Assembly: GCA_020631215.1 (NCBI GenBank)
Contig: JAHDHS010000008.1
Coordinates: forward strand, 13,110-77,109
DNA from: Hellea sp.
GTDB taxonomy: Bacteria; Pseudomonadota; Alphaproteobacteria; Caulobacterales; Maricaulaceae
Length of the DNA: 64,000 nucleotides
Direction of reading: 5' to 3'
Shown: positions 63,186 through 64,000 of the stretch, in pieces
How the letters are laid out: each line of letters begins with the position of its first letter
Numbering within the stretch: position 1 is the stretch's first letter
Position numbers and translations under genes: made by a program
The notes under the pieces: generated by a model
Told to the model about the DNA's origin: nothing
What the model saw: the letters and a program-made list of their open reading frames with translations, nothing else
The model's database searches: none

Positions 63186-64000
63186 TTAAAAATCCGTAAC
63201 TTCAATTGACAGATCGTTAAGAGGTGTGTGAAAATCCGCTTTCCAATCTTCAAATGAGATACCTTTCTTGTGTATGTTATCATAAACTTTTCCATCGACC
63301 ATAATAGCTTTATGTTTACCATTGGTAGAAATCAATTTACCTGCTGTATCACTCCATATGTGCCCATTAATTCTATTTGCTGAAGAAGTGCTCAAATTGA
63401 TAATTTCTCCGCTGTAATTATTTTGCTTTAAAGCGGAAACAAGTGCATCTGAACATTCCATACACTTGAAATTATCGAATTGTGAAGTTACTCTAAAGGC
63501 AATTTCATCAATTAGTCCGGATCTAGAAGCAGTTAATGTTGCTCCCGTGCCTAATGAACCGGTCAAGGTTGCACCTTCCATCCCAGGAACAAGGCCTGCG
63601 AGCCCCTCAGCAAATGCAACTGGACCAAGAGCATTATATGCATAAATGCCGCCCGAAATCGATAGAGCTGTGGCGGCCGCCGTTCCTTGCAGAGTTAAAG
63701 CTAATTTGGTTGCTTGAGAAGAATGATTTGTTCCTTTTTGTGCATCATTCACCGCAACTTGAGCTAACGCAGTTGGAGGATAGTGGCTGACTTGCATTCC
63801 ATCTGGATCAATCATATTCACCGGATCATTCATCGTATAAGCATAACGATTGAAGTAACCGGGATTTCCTCCACTGCCAACAAACCCGACCGGATCCACG
63901 CTCAAAAACCTCCCGATCACCGGATCGTAGTATCTTGCCTGCATGTAGTTCAGGCCTGTGGCTTTGTCTTTGATGTGCTTTGGAGGCGGTTGGCGTAGCC
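63186..64000 (-). CDS. Rhs-family polymorphic toxin, C-terminal end only (core end plus variable toxin domain); open through the right edge
   Basis: Frame stays open upstream of the track Met: ...LRQPPPKHIKDKATGLNYMQARYYDPVIGRFLSVDPVGF...YAYTMNDPVNMIDPDGM. This is the RHS-repeat-associated core end with the DPxGM demarcation. About 200 aa of variable tip follow. Confidence 0.85.
   Translation of the reverse strand, partial: LRQPPPKHIKDKATGLNYMQARYYDPVIGRFLSVDPVGFVGSGGNPGYFNRYAYTMNDPVNMIDPDGMQVSHYPPTALAQVAVNDAQKGTNHSSQATKLALTLQGTAAATALSISGGIYAYNALGPVAFAEGLAGLVPGMEGATLTGSLGTGATLTASRSGLIDEIAFRVTSQFDNFKCMECSDALVSALKQNNYSGEIINLSTSSANRINGHIWSDTAGKLISTNGKHKAIMVDGKVYDNIHKKGISFEDWKADFHTPLNDLSIEVTDF

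Noticed and set aside
1-64000. CRISPR arrays, IS elements/transposases, rRNA genes
   Set aside because: I saw no regularly spaced 25-40-bp direct repeats, no transposase- or integrase-like ORFs, and no rRNA-like sequence on either strand. The only tandem or inverted repeats are the short ones reported above.

Overview
Origin-proximal chromosomal window from a moderately GC alphaproteobacterium; the gene order resembles Caulobacterales/Hyphomonadaceae. About two thirds is conserved housekeeping sequence: aroE-maf-DUF299 | putative Cori-type origin | hemE-hemJ-rho, then secB, tim44-like, mltA, smr, hslVU, tRNA-Gly, ppa, dnaKJ, rpsA, ihfB, mscL and ubiE. Four accessory stretches stand out. (1) At 26.8-47.5 kb, an 11-gene Tad/Cpa (type IVc pilus) operon has no flp pilin or prepilin peptidase gene at the locus. 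It is divergently joined, through an intergenic region with two TTAA-N7-TTAA CtrA-type boxes, to an uncharacterised three-gene module. That module encodes a small DUF11-like secreted protein, a very acidic 379-aa DUF11-like secreted protein, and a ~1700-aa outer-membrane protein with Cna-B/SdrD-like, DUF11 and Big_1-like modules plus an ~800-aa beta-rich C-terminal region. A hybrid sensor kinase whose sensor half is AT-rich follows. This module is my best candidate for an undescribed surface-fibre or secretion system. (2) At 49.4 kb, a secreted avidin-family protein is translationally overlapped with an NhaC antiporter gene. (3) At 61.9-64 kb, the AT-rich C-terminal toxin tip of an Rhs protein (its 5' end lies beyond the window) is followed by two immunity-like genes. 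(4) At 15.9-16.8 kb, a small AT-rich islet with one orphan gene sits beside tRNA-Gly. I saw no CRISPR array, transposase, integrase or rRNA. All calls come from reading the ORF translations and the DNA; no database search was possible.
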